From: a virus
Taxonomy: Duplodnaviria > Caudoviricetes
Virus record (IMG/VR): IMGVR_UViG_3300043908_002281
Location: 1-34,764 of that record
Direction: 5' to 3' (one strand)
DNA length: 34,764 nucleotides
Shown here: in pieces, positions 16,979 through 27,063 of the stretch
Position numbering within the stretch: position 1 is the stretch's first letter
How the letters are laid out: every line of letters begins with the position of its first letter
Translations under genes and position numbers: made by a program
The notes under the pieces: model-generated
Told to the model about the DNA's origin: nothing
The model's database searches: none
What the model saw: the letters and a program-made list of their open reading frames with translations, nothing else

Positions 16979-18025
16979 ATGGCTATTAATAATGCAGCTA
17001 TTAACCCAAAAGAATTTGGTGTATTTATAGCAGAAGAAACGACAGTAGGAACATTTCCTACATCCGGCTTTCAAGGAGTTGAAGTAGAATCAATTAGTAT
17101 GCCTACTTTTAACGACTTAAGAGTTATGGAACAAAGAAGTGGCAGCACTGGTAGAGTTGTAAATAGTGGAGACCTACTAAGACATGAGCCTGGAGCTGTA
17201 CACGAAATAAGTATTTCTGGTGTTTTAACAGTAGAAAATGCTCCAATATTACTTGAGAATGCTTTTGGTAAAGAAGTGTCTGGAAGCACTGGTGGTGGAG
17301 AGACTACAAACTTTATTACATTAGCAAGTGGATATGAACACTCTGCTTTTGATTTTGGAGCTACATCAAGTGGTGGACAAAATACTATAGCAGTATTAAT
17401 ACAAGGACATAGTTCAGTAAACTCAACCTACAAGATTCCAGGAGTAGTAATTACAAGTTTAGTTTTATCTGCTAACTCACAAGAGAATGGTGGTAGATTT
17501 AACTTTGAAATGACTGGACAAACAAGATGTCAAGTAGCAGCTACTCCAGTAGCACAAGTATCAAGTGGTGTAACTGATTACTCTGCTAACTTTGTTTACA
17601 TGGGAGACTTTACACAAGATGTTAAGGTTTATAATAAAGATGTTATTTTAGACCAATTTTCACTTAATGTTGAAAACCCAGTACAATTCTTAGGTAATGA
17701 CGCTTCTTCTTTTGATGGTAATCCAGAAAAGTATGTAAGAGGAGTACCTAATTTAAATGTTACTGCTAATTGTGTAGTTAAGTTTGATGATAACACTAAT
17801 GAGTTCTTTGCAGACTCAAGAGTATTAACAGTATCCTCAAGCAATGGATTATTTTTATCAAATAACTCAACATTTGCAAGTGCAAGTGCTTTTGCTATTA
17901 ACATACCTAAAGTAATTATTGAAGAAGTAGCTTATGATGAAGGAGATTACCTAAAACTAAACGCTACTTTAAAGATGGTTGATGGTGGCAGTGGCAACTT
18001 GATTATGGTTAGAAAACCTGCTTAA
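16979..18025 (+). CDS. Major tail tube protein
   Basis: IAEETTVGT N-terminal motif; beta-rich; precedes the chaperones and tape measure; strong SD. Confidence 0.75.
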   Translation: MAINNAAINPKEFGVFIAEETTVGTFPTSGFQGVEVESISMPTFNDLRVMEQRSGSTGRVVNSGDLLRHEPGAVHEISISGVLTVENAPILLENAFGKEVSGSTGGGETTNFITLASGYEHSAFDFGATSSGGQNTIAVLIQGHSSVNSTYKIPGVVITSLVLSANSQENGGRFNFEMTGQTRCQVAATPVAQVSSGVTDYSANFVYMGDFTQDVKVYNKDVILDQFSLNVENPVQFLGNDASSFDGNPEKYVRGVPNLNVTANCVVKFDDNTNEFFADSRVLTVSSSNGLFLSNNSTFASASAFAINIPKVIIEEVAYDEGDYLKLNATLKMVDGGSGNLIMVRKPA

Positions 18026-18040
18026 TAAAAGGAGAAAATA

Positions 18041-18310
18041 ATGGCGGATAAAAAGTTTAAGCTTTCCAGTGGGAAAGATGTAGTTCTATTAGAGATGTCA
18101 GTAGATGATATTGATTTCTGTAATGATGTAACTCAAATTGTTTTTGACACTGAAGGAAATCAAATCCTTAAAAATATGGCTAAAGCAAGAACTGCTTGGA
18201 TTCGTAAGGGTGTAAAAAACGCAGATGACAAGTTTATAAAAACTTTAAGTGATGAAGAAAAAAACGAGTTATCTATAAAGATTAGAGAGTATCAAGAACT
18301 GGGGGAGTAG
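18041..18310 (+). CDS. Tail assembly chaperone (gpG-like)
   Basis: Lies between tube and tape measure; ends CTG GGG GAG TAG. Confidence 0.75.
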   Translation: MADKKFKLSSGKDVVLLEMSVDDIDFCNDVTQIVFDTEGNQILKNMAKARTAWIRKGVKNADDKFIKTLSDEEKNELSIKIREYQELGE

Positions 18311-18777
18311 ATGCCTATACACTTGAGTACAATGTACTCTTGTCATTAAGGAGTCCAGAGTGTATAGGTAATTGTGGATGTCAGTATGAATCATACCCTT
18401 ATACCGCACAAATACCACTTATTATAGGTGGAGAAAAATATCCAAGAGTAACTTTCACTTGTGATGATGATGTATGGAAATACATTAATTTATTAGTAGA
18501 GGACATCAAAGAAGTAAATAAAGCACACAATAAAAATTTTTCATTAGGGGAAGGTATATATGGACAACTTCCTTTCTTTGCTTGTAAAAGATTTTTATAT
18601 TCTAAGGAATATCAAGACGATATTTATAGGTATTCATATTGTAGCACATTTAATGTACCTGCTTATGAAGGACACTATGGTTTACATCCAAAAAAATGGA
18701 TTGATAAAAGTTTTTATATAAAACATATTATAGAAAAAGAACAGAAAAAAGAACATGGCAAAACAACAAAACAATAA
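18301..18777 (+). CDS. Tail assembly chaperone -1 frameshift extension (gpT-like)
   Basis: The -1 frame is open from 18286, through GGGGGAG (18301-18307), to 18777; no good independent start. Confidence 0.7.
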   Translation, partial: GGVDAYTLEYNVLLSLRSPECIGNCGCQYESYPYTAQIPLIIGGEKYPRVTFTCDDDVWKYINLLVEDIKEVNKAHNKNFSLGEGIYGQLPFFACKRFLYSKEYQDDIYRYSYCSTFNVPAYEGHYGLHPKKWIDKSFYIKHIIEKEQKKEHGKTTKQ

Positions 18778-21217
18778 TATAAAAATTCATTTTCGTGCAG
18801 AAGGCGAACAAGAATTAAAAAATGCTATTATAGCTCTTGCCAACTCTACACGCTCTCTTAAAAATGCACAAAGTCAATTAGCAAAGTCCACTGGAGCAAC
18901 TACAGTCGCTCAAGAAAAACAAATTAGAACTGGAATACTGGCTCAAAGAAATCAAAGAAATATGAATGCAGCTGTAAAAGAGGGAAGCATGACATTTTCT
19001 GTATTTCGTTCTAAGTTGCTTTTGGCTTCCTTTGCTGTTGGATTAATGAGTGCCACTATAGGTAGGCTTGTTGCTGCTTTTGCAGAACAAGAAGATTCTG
19101 AAAAAAGAATTGATGCTGCATTAGCATCTACTGGTAATATATCTGGACTTACATCTGAAAGAATAAAAGAATTGACAGCTAATCTTGAAGATGTGGGAGT
19201 TATAGGAGACGAGGTAAACAACAAGGTTGCTTCTTTGCTACTTACATTTACCAACATTAGAGGCGAGGCTTTTGAAAAAACCATGATAGCAGCTAATAAT
19301 ATGGCAATATCTATATCTGGTACTGTTCCAAACTTTGAGCAATTAAGAGGAGCTGCGTTACAATTAGGTAAAGCCTTACAAGACCCAGCTGGACAATTAG
19401 GAGCATTAAGTCGTTCTGGATTTACATTTACTGATGCTCAAAAGAAAATGATTAAAGAAATGGTTAAAGCTGGAAATGTTATAGAAGCTCAAAACATCAT
19501 TTTAGAAGCAGCAAACACACAGTTTGGAGGGCTTACTGAAAAGGTTAGAGAAACAACCACTGGAGCTTTTGCAGCTTTAGGTAATGCATTAGGCTCTCTT
19601 GGAGAAACTTTTGGTAAAATTTTAACGCCAAGCACAACAAGTTTTATAAACTCCCTTACAGAAATGATAAAAACTCTTTCCAAAAATGAAGCTGGTATAA
19701 GAGCGACTATTGACACTATAAAATTAGCAACAACTGGATTTATAGGTTATAGAGGAGCTACTTTTGCAGCAGCTGTAACAACAACACAACTTACCGCAGC
19801 ATTTGCAACTTTTAGAGCTATTGTTAATCCTGCAACTGCAGTATTATCATTTTTAGGAGTTACATACTTTCAAATTAAAAAAAGACAACACGCACTCAAA
19901 ATTTCTACCAGAGAAACTACTGATGCTATTGTGGACCAAACCAGTGTATTTCAAGAGCAGACAGATGACTTTGAAAAAACTAAAAAATCTTTAGACGATA
20001 GAGTTCAAGCCACAAGAAATAACGCAGAGATAACTGAAGTAAATAAAAAAATACAATCAGCCTTTACAACAGAGCAAAAGTTAGCAAGGCTTGAAGAAAA
20101 GAAAGCAATTTTAGTTAAACAAGAATTAAATAAAATAGAAGAAAAGTATCGTGAAGTTTTCAGAGATTCTGTTAGAGAGATAGTAGAAGGTAAAATAGCA
20201 AAAGAAAGAGATGTAATCTTAACTAAAGCAGCATCAGAAGCACAAAGAAAACTTAACGAACAACTTGCAAAGCGTGAAGTTATGTTGCAAGGCACAAGAG
20301 ATAATGTAGAAAAATTAGGAGTAGTACAAGCTAAAGTTGCAGTATTGGGAGCAGTTCATACTCGTGAACAATTTGACGCAGAAAATCAAAGAATAGAACA
20401 ATTAGAAAAAGTAGATGCTGCTTTTAGAGGGTTGGGTATAGAAAATGATTTCTTAGCAGAAGCCATAAGAAATGGACAAACAGTAGCAACTTTAAGTTTT
20501 GACCACACTGACGAAGCAGTACAAAAAGCCTTAGCTACTGTTGGTTTGTTAGTAAACGAAGAAGGTAAACTTGTAGATATTACAAACAAGTTTGGAGAAG
20601 CAAGTGTATCTGCTTTTGATAAATTTAACGAACAAGCCGGTATGGCAATTCAAGCTTTATCTGGTTTTAGTCAAGCTCAAACTCAATTAGTAGAAGAAAG
20701 AATGCAAAGAGAAATAGAAGCATTAAAAGCTTCAAGAGATTTTGAATTAGCAACTCAAGAGCAAAGAGAAGTTATGGAAAATAGAATTGAGCAAAAATTT
20801 AAAAGCCAAAGAAAAAGAGCATTTCAAATACAAAAAGCCTCTAATATCGCAGAAGCAACAATGAATGTTGCACAAGCTTATACTAAAGCATTGGCAACCA
20901 TGCCTCCTCCTGGAAACATACCTCTTGCTAATTTTATTGCAGCGTTAGGAGCTGCTCAAGTTTTAGCTATTGCTTCTCAACCTGCTCCAAGATTTGCAAC
21001 TGGTGGTAGTTTTATTACGAGCGGTCCGAGAAATATTATGGTAGGAGAGTCTGGAGCAGAAAAAGTTACTATCCAACCACTAAGTGGAGGAACTGCAGAC
21101 GGAAGCACTAAAACACAAAATGTTAATATAAACATATCTGCTCCATTGGTGGATGAAACAATATTAGATGTTATTATTCCAAAGATTAAAGAAGCAGCAG
21201 AGTTGAATCTTGCATAA
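18755..21217 (+). CDS. Tail tape measure protein
   Basis: 820 aa, Ala-rich and helical; ALQLGKALQDP, FATGGSF and VGESGAE motifs. Confidence 0.9.
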   Translation: MAKQQNNNIKIHFRAEGEQELKNAIIALANSTRSLKNAQSQLAKSTGATTVAQEKQIRTGILAQRNQRNMNAAVKEGSMTFSVFRSKLLLASFAVGLMSATIGRLVAAFAEQEDSEKRIDAALASTGNISGLTSERIKELTANLEDVGVIGDEVNNKVASLLLTFTNIRGEAFEKTMIAANNMAISISGTVPNFEQLRGAALQLGKALQDPAGQLGALSRSGFTFTDAQKKMIKEMVKAGNVIEAQNIILEAANTQFGGLTEKVRETTTGAFAALGNALGSLGETFGKILTPSTTSFINSLTEMIKTLSKNEAGIRATIDTIKLATTGFIGYRGATFAAAVTTTQLTAAFATFRAIVNPATAVLSFLGVTYFQIKKRQHALKISTRETTDAIVDQTSVFQEQTDDFEKTKKSLDDRVQATRNNAEITEVNKKIQSAFTTEQKLARLEEKKAILVKQELNKIEEKYREVFRDSVREIVEGKIAKERDVILTKAASEAQRKLNEQLAKREVMLQGTRDNVEKLGVVQAKVAVLGAVHTREQFDAENQRIEQLEKVDAAFRGLGIENDFLAEAIRNGQTVATLSFDHTDEAVQKALATVGLLVNEEGKLVDITNKFGEASVSAFDKFNEQAGMAIQALSGFSQAQTQLVEERMQREIEALKASRDFELATQEQREVMENRIEQKFKSQRKRAFQIQKASNIAEATMNVAQAYTKALATMPPPGNIPLANFIAALGAAQVLAIASQPAPRFATGGSFITSGPRNIMVGESGAEKVTIQPLSGGTADGSTKTQNVNINISAPLVDETILDVIIPKIKEAAELNLA

Positions 21218-23757
21218 TGTTAAGTTTACCAAACACATACAGTTCAAACTTAGGGCAACATATAAAAGAGGATTATCTTGTAAGGATTTATAATGAAGAT
21301 GGTAACTACCTTGCTGTAGGTACATCTGAACAAACAGTAGGTGGTGTTACTTATGTAGGAGCAATAACAAACGCTCCAAGTATTAGAGAAGGAATAGATT
21401 TAGTAAAAGGAACTGCATCTTTGTCTAATATCTCTATATCTTTTTCTAACTTTTCTTTTACAAACAATGGTACAGTATCATTAGGCTCATCTACACCAGT
21501 AGAAGAAGAATTATTTTTTGGTACTAATTATTATATCAATAGAGATGTAGAAGTGTACTCACAATTAGAAGGTAATTCTACAGCTTCTAACCTTTTACTA
21601 TTGTTTAAAGGTAGATTAAGAGCAGTACAACTTTCAGAAAACAAAGTAACTATACAAGTAACTGCACATAATCCTTTAAATGATATAACAATTCCACAAA
21701 CTATATCGGAAAGTGGATTATATAAACCTATTGTATTTGGAGATTATGCTTCTGCTTATACTTCTGCTCCACTTTTTGCTTTGCAGTCTTTAATAGGAGC
21801 AACTGCAAGAACATATCCAGTGCAAGTAGAAAAAGTACAAAGCGGTAATGTGTTTTGCTTAACTGCGAGTGCAGGTAATAACAGCAACAAAACTTTGCAT
21901 GTTCACGAATCTGGTTTAAGTCCAGAAGGAAGTGGCTCTATAATAGAAAATATGGCATTATGTACTGCTACAGAAACTGCGGTATCTTCTGCAGATGCAA
22001 GTCCTATAGTTACAAAACAAAGTGGCAGTGATGATTTATTTGCAGTTGGTACAGATGTAGATTTAGCAAGAACTTTTAAATCTGAAATGATGATAGAAAG
22101 TTCTGATTTTACTATTACAGATAAATATACACCAAGTGCAAGTGCTACAATTAGTTCATCTACGACTGGCTCTCAAGAAGTTCAACTTAGTAAAACTTTT
22201 AATATGATAAATTTAGGCAGCGTAAAACATACTCCTTCTTCTATGGCATTTACAATAAATTTTGGCTATAGCCTTACATTAACAAGAAGTGGTGGTAGTT
22301 CTAATGGTTTTATTAATAGTGTTTCTTTGGTAGCAAAAATATATCATAATGATGATGATACCATAGATGAAACTACTACATTGTTTAATACGACACACAA
22401 TAGTGTAACTGCAACAAGAAGCTCTACAACAAGTACAATAAATTTACATGAATCAACAGATTCAGAGTTTACTGGTAATTATCCACAGAAAATAGAATTT
22501 CAACTAAATATAAACTATGATGGACTTGACCCTGGAGATGTAGGTAGTGGAGCATCAAATGATTTATCTGGTACTGCTACTGTAGCAACTACCAACATTT
22601 TAACAACAACACAATTTGAAAGAGATAATTCATCTGTACAGACAGATACTGAATTAAAAGAAAATATTAAGGAACTTTATTCATCTCAAGATGGTTTAAC
22701 CTTAGATAGCAATGTCATAAAAAAACCTATTGAAGCACATAGATATTTATGCGAAACCTTTGCAGATAGTAATATTTTTCCTACATCAGTCGGCACTACA
22801 AATAACTATTCAAACATCTTAAATACTTTTAACATTTCTGGTGTACAAGGAGATATGCACTATTGGTTAAACAAATCAGAAAAACTTGAAAAGGTATTAG
22901 AAGAATTACAACACTTTGGATTTTTTATAGGAAGGATGAAAGCAGATGGCACATATCATTACATAAGCCCAAAGTATTTAACGACAAGTACCACATCATC
23001 AACAACATTACCTTATTTAGCAACTGCAGGTACTTTACATTCAGATAATTTAATTACAAGCACAACTGACAATCAGTTTAAATTAACCCTTGAAACGCAA
23101 GGTAGTGGTTATACTGAAGGAGATTTATTAGTAATATCTCATGGCTCTGATTTTGAGTTTATGAAAATTACAACTGGCGGTCCAATGACTGGCTCTTCTA
23201 CTACACAAACTATAACAGTAGAAAGAGGTATTGCTCCAATAACTACTGCAACTGCAGGTAGTCAGTCTGCAGGAACAACAATAAGAAAAGTAGTATTTCC
23301 ACACGCAGTAATTGATGAAGATGATTTTTCAAACTTGCAAATTATGCACACTCCGATTAATGAATTGGTTACAAAATACAAAATACAATATTTAAGAAAA
23401 CCAGAAGATAATAGTAAATATGGTAAAACTGCAGAGTTTACTAACTCCACAACGAGAACAAACTATAACATAGAAGATGAAAAAGTTAAAGATATTAAAA
23501 ACGATTTTGATAAAACTGGTACACTAACAACTAATTATTATAACTACTACAATCATTTAATTGGAGAGCCAAGATTAAAAGTGGCGTTTGATTTAGTAAA
23601 TCCAAGTTTTTATGCTTTAGAAGTAGGAGACATAGTAAGAATTTATACAACCAAAAAAGCTCCTTTTGGAAAAAACTGGAGAAGCGTATATTTTATAGTG
23701 ACACAAACAACGAGAACATTAGGAAAATTAAGCATAAGTGCTTATGAAATTTATTAA
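21217..23757 (+). CDS. Large tail tip/hub protein
   Basis: 846 aa after the tape measure; LLFKGRL, KPIVFGD and LEVGDIVRI motifs; Ser/Thr-rich middle. Confidence 0.65.
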   Translation: MLSLPNTYSSNLGQHIKEDYLVRIYNEDGNYLAVGTSEQTVGGVTYVGAITNAPSIREGIDLVKGTASLSNISISFSNFSFTNNGTVSLGSSTPVEEELFFGTNYYINRDVEVYSQLEGNSTASNLLLLFKGRLRAVQLSENKVTIQVTAHNPLNDITIPQTISESGLYKPIVFGDYASAYTSAPLFALQSLIGATARTYPVQVEKVQSGNVFCLTASAGNNSNKTLHVHESGLSPEGSGSIIENMALCTATETAVSSADASPIVTKQSGSDDLFAVGTDVDLARTFKSEMMIESSDFTITDKYTPSASATISSSTTGSQEVQLSKTFNMINLGSVKHTPSSMAFTINFGYSLTLTRSGGSSNGFINSVSLVAKIYHNDDDTIDETTTLFNTTHNSVTATRSSTTSTINLHESTDSEFTGNYPQKIEFQLNINYDGLDPGDVGSGASNDLSGTATVATTNILTTTQFERDNSSVQTDTELKENIKELYSSQDGLTLDSNVIKKPIEAHRYLCETFADSNIFPTSVGTTNNYSNILNTFNISGVQGDMHYWLNKSEKLEKVLEELQHFGFFIGRMKADGTYHYISPKYLTTSTTSSTTLPYLATAGTLHSDNLITSTTDNQFKLTLETQGSGYTEGDLLVISHGSDFEFMKITTGGPMTGSSTTQTITVERGIAPITTATAGSQSAGTTIRKVVFPHAVIDEDDFSNLQIMHTPINELVTKYKIQYLRKPEDNSKYGKTAEFTNSTTRTNYNIEDEKVKDIKNDFDKTGTLTTNYYNYYNHLIGEPRLKVAFDLVNPSFYALEVGDIVRIYTTKKAPFGKNWRSVYFIVTQTTRTLGKLSISAYEIY

Positions 23758-23766
23758 GGATATATT

Positions 23767-24159
23767 ATGGCAGTTATAACAGAAGTAAGATTTAGACCAG
23801 ATAGTAGCACAAGTCATGCTAACTATTCTCCATCCAGAAATCCAGATATGAATGTTGCAGAAACAACAAAATATGATGGAATAACAGTATCTCAATCTTA
23901 TGGTGGTAAAATCTATACAAATGAACGATATGGCAAACAATTAGAGTATGAATTGTCATATACCAACTTATCAGAAGCAGATAAATCAAAACTTGAAGTT
24001 TTAGTAAATCAAGTAAAAGGTAGGAAACTCGCATTTCAGTTTAGTACAGATGGGGGGAGTAGTTATATTGATGTAAGATTTACTGCAAATGACTTAAAAT
24101 TTACACAAACTGCGTATTCTATATATTCTACAACCTTTACCATTAGGCAAGAAATATAA
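23767..24159 (+). CDS. Small tail protein (distal tail / gpM-like)
   Basis: YELSYTNLSEADKSKLE...VKGRKLAFQF...FTIRQE pattern. Confidence 0.5.
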   Translation: MAVITEVRFRPDSSTSHANYSPSRNPDMNVAETTKYDGITVSQSYGGKIYTNERYGKQLEYELSYTNLSEADKSKLEVLVNQVKGRKLAFQFSTDGGSSYIDVRFTANDLKFTQTAYSIYSTTFTIRQEI

Positions 24160-24199
24160 CAGAACGCACGAAAATAGCCCTAAAATCAATTATCTTTTG

Positions 24200-24427
24200 C
24201 TAAAAGGGTAATTTGTCGGGTGGATTATCTTTAGCCTCAAATTTCTTGTATTTATCATGCAATTCTAATACTGTTGCTGCAAGATAAACACACAAGTCTA
24301 ATGTTTCATCTAACGCTTCTTTAAGATTATCTCTGCTGCCATCAATGGGAACATCTTGTTTATAATCTATCTGCCCTTGATTTATCTTGTCTTGTAATAA
24401 CATCATTATTCTTGTATTGCTATTCAT
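24200..24427 (-). CDS. Hypothetical protein
   Basis: 75 aa with EALDETLDLCVYL; last gene of the minus-strand arm. Confidence 0.6.
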   Translation of the reverse strand: MNSNTRIMMLLQDKINQGQIDYKQDVPIDGSRDNLKEALDETLDLCVYLAATVLELHDKYKKFEAKDNPPDKLPF

Positions 24428-24441
24428 CTTTTTTCCTTTTG

Positions 24442-24540
24442 AAAGTTTGTAAGGAGGCGAGTAGCCAACCCTTGTATTTGCAATTAACTTAGGGTAAGAT
24501 TCCTTTCTTGTTAATTGTTAATATGTGCCTCCTTAACTTT
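24442..24540 (-). ncRNA. Candidate structured intergenic RNA
   Basis: Nested stems 24450-58/24527-35 and 24481-88/24510-17. Confidence 0.45.
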
Positions 24541-24543
24541 TAA

Positions 24544-24804
24544 TTAAAATGGCAAATCGTCATCTGATAGTGCTTCGTTAGAAGGTTTCGCTCCACCTTG
24601 CGGAGTATAAACTGCCAATTTCAACATTATGTCGCCTTTTTTAGTTTTGTTTTTCCACAAAGATATTCTATGAACTTTGCCTTCAACATTAAAGTCTCCT
24701 TTATAATCTGGACTTTTGTCTAACGGATTATCATGATTTTTATATGTGTTTTTAAATAGATAGCCTACATTTTCTGGCATATCAAACTTTTTCTTATCGC
24801 TCAT
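24544..24804 (-). CDS. Putative single-stranded DNA-binding protein (DUF736-like)
   Basis: KSPDYKG...ISLWKN and an acidic DDDLPF tail; start at 24804 after GGAGG. Confidence 0.7.
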   Translation of the reverse strand: MSDKKKFDMPENVGYLFKNTYKNHDNPLDKSPDYKGDFNVEGKVHRISLWKNKTKKGDIMLKLAVYTPQGGAKPSNEALSDDDLPF

Positions 24805-25406
24805 TTTTCCTCCACATGTTTTAAGAAATGTAAGCCAATTTCTGGCTCTACGCAATTTCTTAATATTTGTCTTTTATTTTTTATATTATAATCACTTAAA
24901 TCAAAACCTTTAAGTTTTGATAAACTTTCTACTGTTCCTCCCCTATGTCCTCTATTTTTTATTTCTATATCCGGACAATCTACATTAGTCCACCAAATAT
25001 GTTTTGCCATACTTCTTCCTGGTATTAGAGGCTTATAATAAGGTATTGTATTTTCTATAACATACTTGCCATCATACCAATACATTAATAGTATAATTTG
25101 TTGATATAAGGACAAGTCTGGATATTTTGCATCAACCTTTCTATACTTCCTATTGGCTAAAAATCCAATGTTATATCTAATTTGACTGTGTGTAGGGCAT
25201 GGAGGACTACTCCAAATAAAATCAAAATTCATATAGTTTTCTAATAAAAACAAGTGAGCATCTTCTATAACCATAGTGTCTTTTGGAAACATGTCTGAAT
25301 AAACCGCAGCAATGTCTTTATTGTTTTCAACCGCAACAATCTCATGGCTATCTCCCCAAAGTTTTCTATTTCCCCCAATACCAGAGTATAAGTTTAATAT
25401 TCTCAT
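24801..25406 (-). CDS. Compact C5 cytosine DNA methyltransferase
   Basis: Motif I LYSGIGG, motif IV SSPPC, motif VI VIEN, motif X-like LRNCV. Confidence 0.85.
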   Translation of the reverse strand: MRILNLYSGIGGNRKLWGDSHEIVAVENNKDIAAVYSDMFPKDTMVIEDAHLFLLENYMNFDFIWSSPPCPTHSQIRYNIGFLANRKYRKVDAKYPDLSLYQQIILLMYWYDGKYVIENTIPYYKPLIPGRSMAKHIWWTNVDCPDIEIKNRGHRGGTVESLSKLKGFDLSDYNIKNKRQILRNCVEPEIGLHFLKHVEEK

Positions 25407-26647
25407 ACGGTTATAATTTTAAGAATTGTTTTACCTTGTTTTAATTTAGCATCAGATTTAGAGTTATAAGCATACTCTTCTAATTCTTTTGTTATGTCAT
25501 ACCCTTTGTCGTCATAGTTTTGTAAGTCTATTTTAATACCATCAATAGTTTTATTTTTATAAAAGATATAAACATTCTGACTTGCTCTGCCTTCTAAGTT
25601 TAAATTCTTTTCGGAATAAGCATTTGCTCCCACAAGAGATGCACTCCTTCCATAAGTGTCTCCTACCCTTGCAGAGTGTATGTGTCCAGATATAACAAAA
25701 TCAATCTTTACATCCCTTCCACTTGCATACCTACCTTTAATTTGAGTAATAGATGTTTCGTGTTTGGCTTTGATGCTGCCATGCCCATGTATCATAAGAA
25801 GATTCATACCCGCTAAATTAACCACAACCTCTGTTGCATCTTTAGAAAGTATAAAATCTACATCTGTATCACGATATAAGAATCTTAAAATATTATAAAT
25901 AGTAAAGTCGTAATTATCACTTGCGATATAATCATCCCAACCTATTTCGTCTTTAACTCTACTTTCATTACCAGTGATACATGCCAAAGAGACCTTGTAA
26001 TCCTTCCTTACATCTTCTACCACCTGCTTTAAAAGTTGCACTGATATAAATGTTGCATTAGAACGATTGGTAGATTGTGCAAACATTTCATCTAATCTTC
26101 TATCAGAGTTCATTAAATCCCCGGTAAATGCTATTAAAACCTCTTTTACTCCAAGTGCTTTTAGATAAATTTTTGCTTTTCTTATATAAGTTCTAAGTCT
26201 TTTTGCTGCCACTTCAAAGTTATACTTATTGTTTGGTAGGTTTACTTCTTCGTTGAAATGTGTATCGGATATTTGAATTACGCCAACGGCTTTGCTGCTT
26301 TCCGTTTTGACATGTTTCAATTTAGGTATTTTATGCTTTTCAAGGACTTTAATTAACTGTTTATTGTATTCTGATAGTGCATTATCCAGCCTGGCATGTT
26401 CCCGAAACGACTTATTAGCAATTCTATTTCTATCTTGTGCGTTTTGTTTTTGTTTTGCTAATCTTACATTTTCTATAATTACATCTTTATCAAGATATAA
26501 TGGGTCAGATGTACTATAACCACAAGAATTACATTTCCATCTTTGTATTTTTTGCCCTCTGTTATGCCTAAATCCTTTTTTCTTTACATTGCTGCTATTA
26601 CATCTTGGGCAACACACTACTTGATTTTCAAGTATTAATCCACTCAT
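25403..26647 (-). CDS. Zn-ribbon + calcineurin-like metallophosphoesterase
   Basis: CPRC...CNSC N-terminus; SDTH, TGD, GNE, HGH and GHIH motifs. Confidence 0.8.
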   Translation of the reverse strand: MSGLILENQVVCCPRCNSSNVKKKGFRHNRGQKIQRWKCNSCGYSTSDPLYLDKDVIIENVRLAKQKQNAQDRNRIANKSFREHARLDNALSEYNKQLIKVLEKHKIPKLKHVKTESSKAVGVIQISDTHFNEEVNLPNNKYNFEVAAKRLRTYIRKAKIYLKALGVKEVLIAFTGDLMNSDRRLDEMFAQSTNRSNATFISVQLLKQVVEDVRKDYKVSLACITGNESRVKDEIGWDDYIASDNYDFTIYNILRFLYRDTDVDFILSKDATEVVVNLAGMNLLMIHGHGSIKAKHETSITQIKGRYASGRDVKIDFVISGHIHSARVGDTYGRSASLVGANAYSEKNLNLEGRASQNVYIFYKNKTIDGIKIDLQNYDDKGYDITKELEEYAYNSKSDAKLKQGKTILKIITV

Positions 26648-27063
26648 TTATACAACTCTTTCTCCATTTCTGATATTCTGTCCTCTAAACCTTTGTTCGC
26701 AGTTTTAAGATTTCCAACTTCTTCTTTCAACTCTTGAACTTCTGCTAAATCGCTTAGCCAATCAGTTAATTCTAATGTTGAATAGAACTTACCATTCATT
26801 TTAAATATATTCACTGGAATTTTTGATGTATTATCATTGTATATTTGTTTCCACCATATTGGTAAAGATAGTTTTTTAGTATTTTTTATCTCAAAATGAT
26901 ACTGTGCTGCAACACTATCCGGGTCAATGTCTATGATGTCTCCCTTAATAGAAAGTCCTCCCGACAAAGGTGTCCGCCTACAATTAGTTCCTAAATATTT
27001 ATTAATTGTTTTAGCAACTTCTCTTTCTGCTCTATTGCCCTTGTCTCTTGAGTTTATAGGCAT
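26644..27063 (-). CDS. Holliday junction resolvase (PD-(D/E)xK, Hjc-like)
   Basis: SRDKGNRAERE...GDI...FEIKN. Confidence 0.8.
   Translation of the reverse strand: MPINSRDKGNRAEREVAKTINKYLGTNCRRTPLSGGLSIKGDIIDIDPDSVAAQYHFEIKNTKKLSLPIWWKQIYNDNTSKIPVNIFKMNGKFYSTLELTDWLSDLAEVQELKEEVGNLKTANKGLEDRISEMEKELYK

Noticed and set aside
26480-26647. IS1 element (InsA-like Zn ribbon)
   Set aside because: It is an in-frame N-terminal domain of the phosphoesterase; there is no transposase and no terminal inverted repeat.
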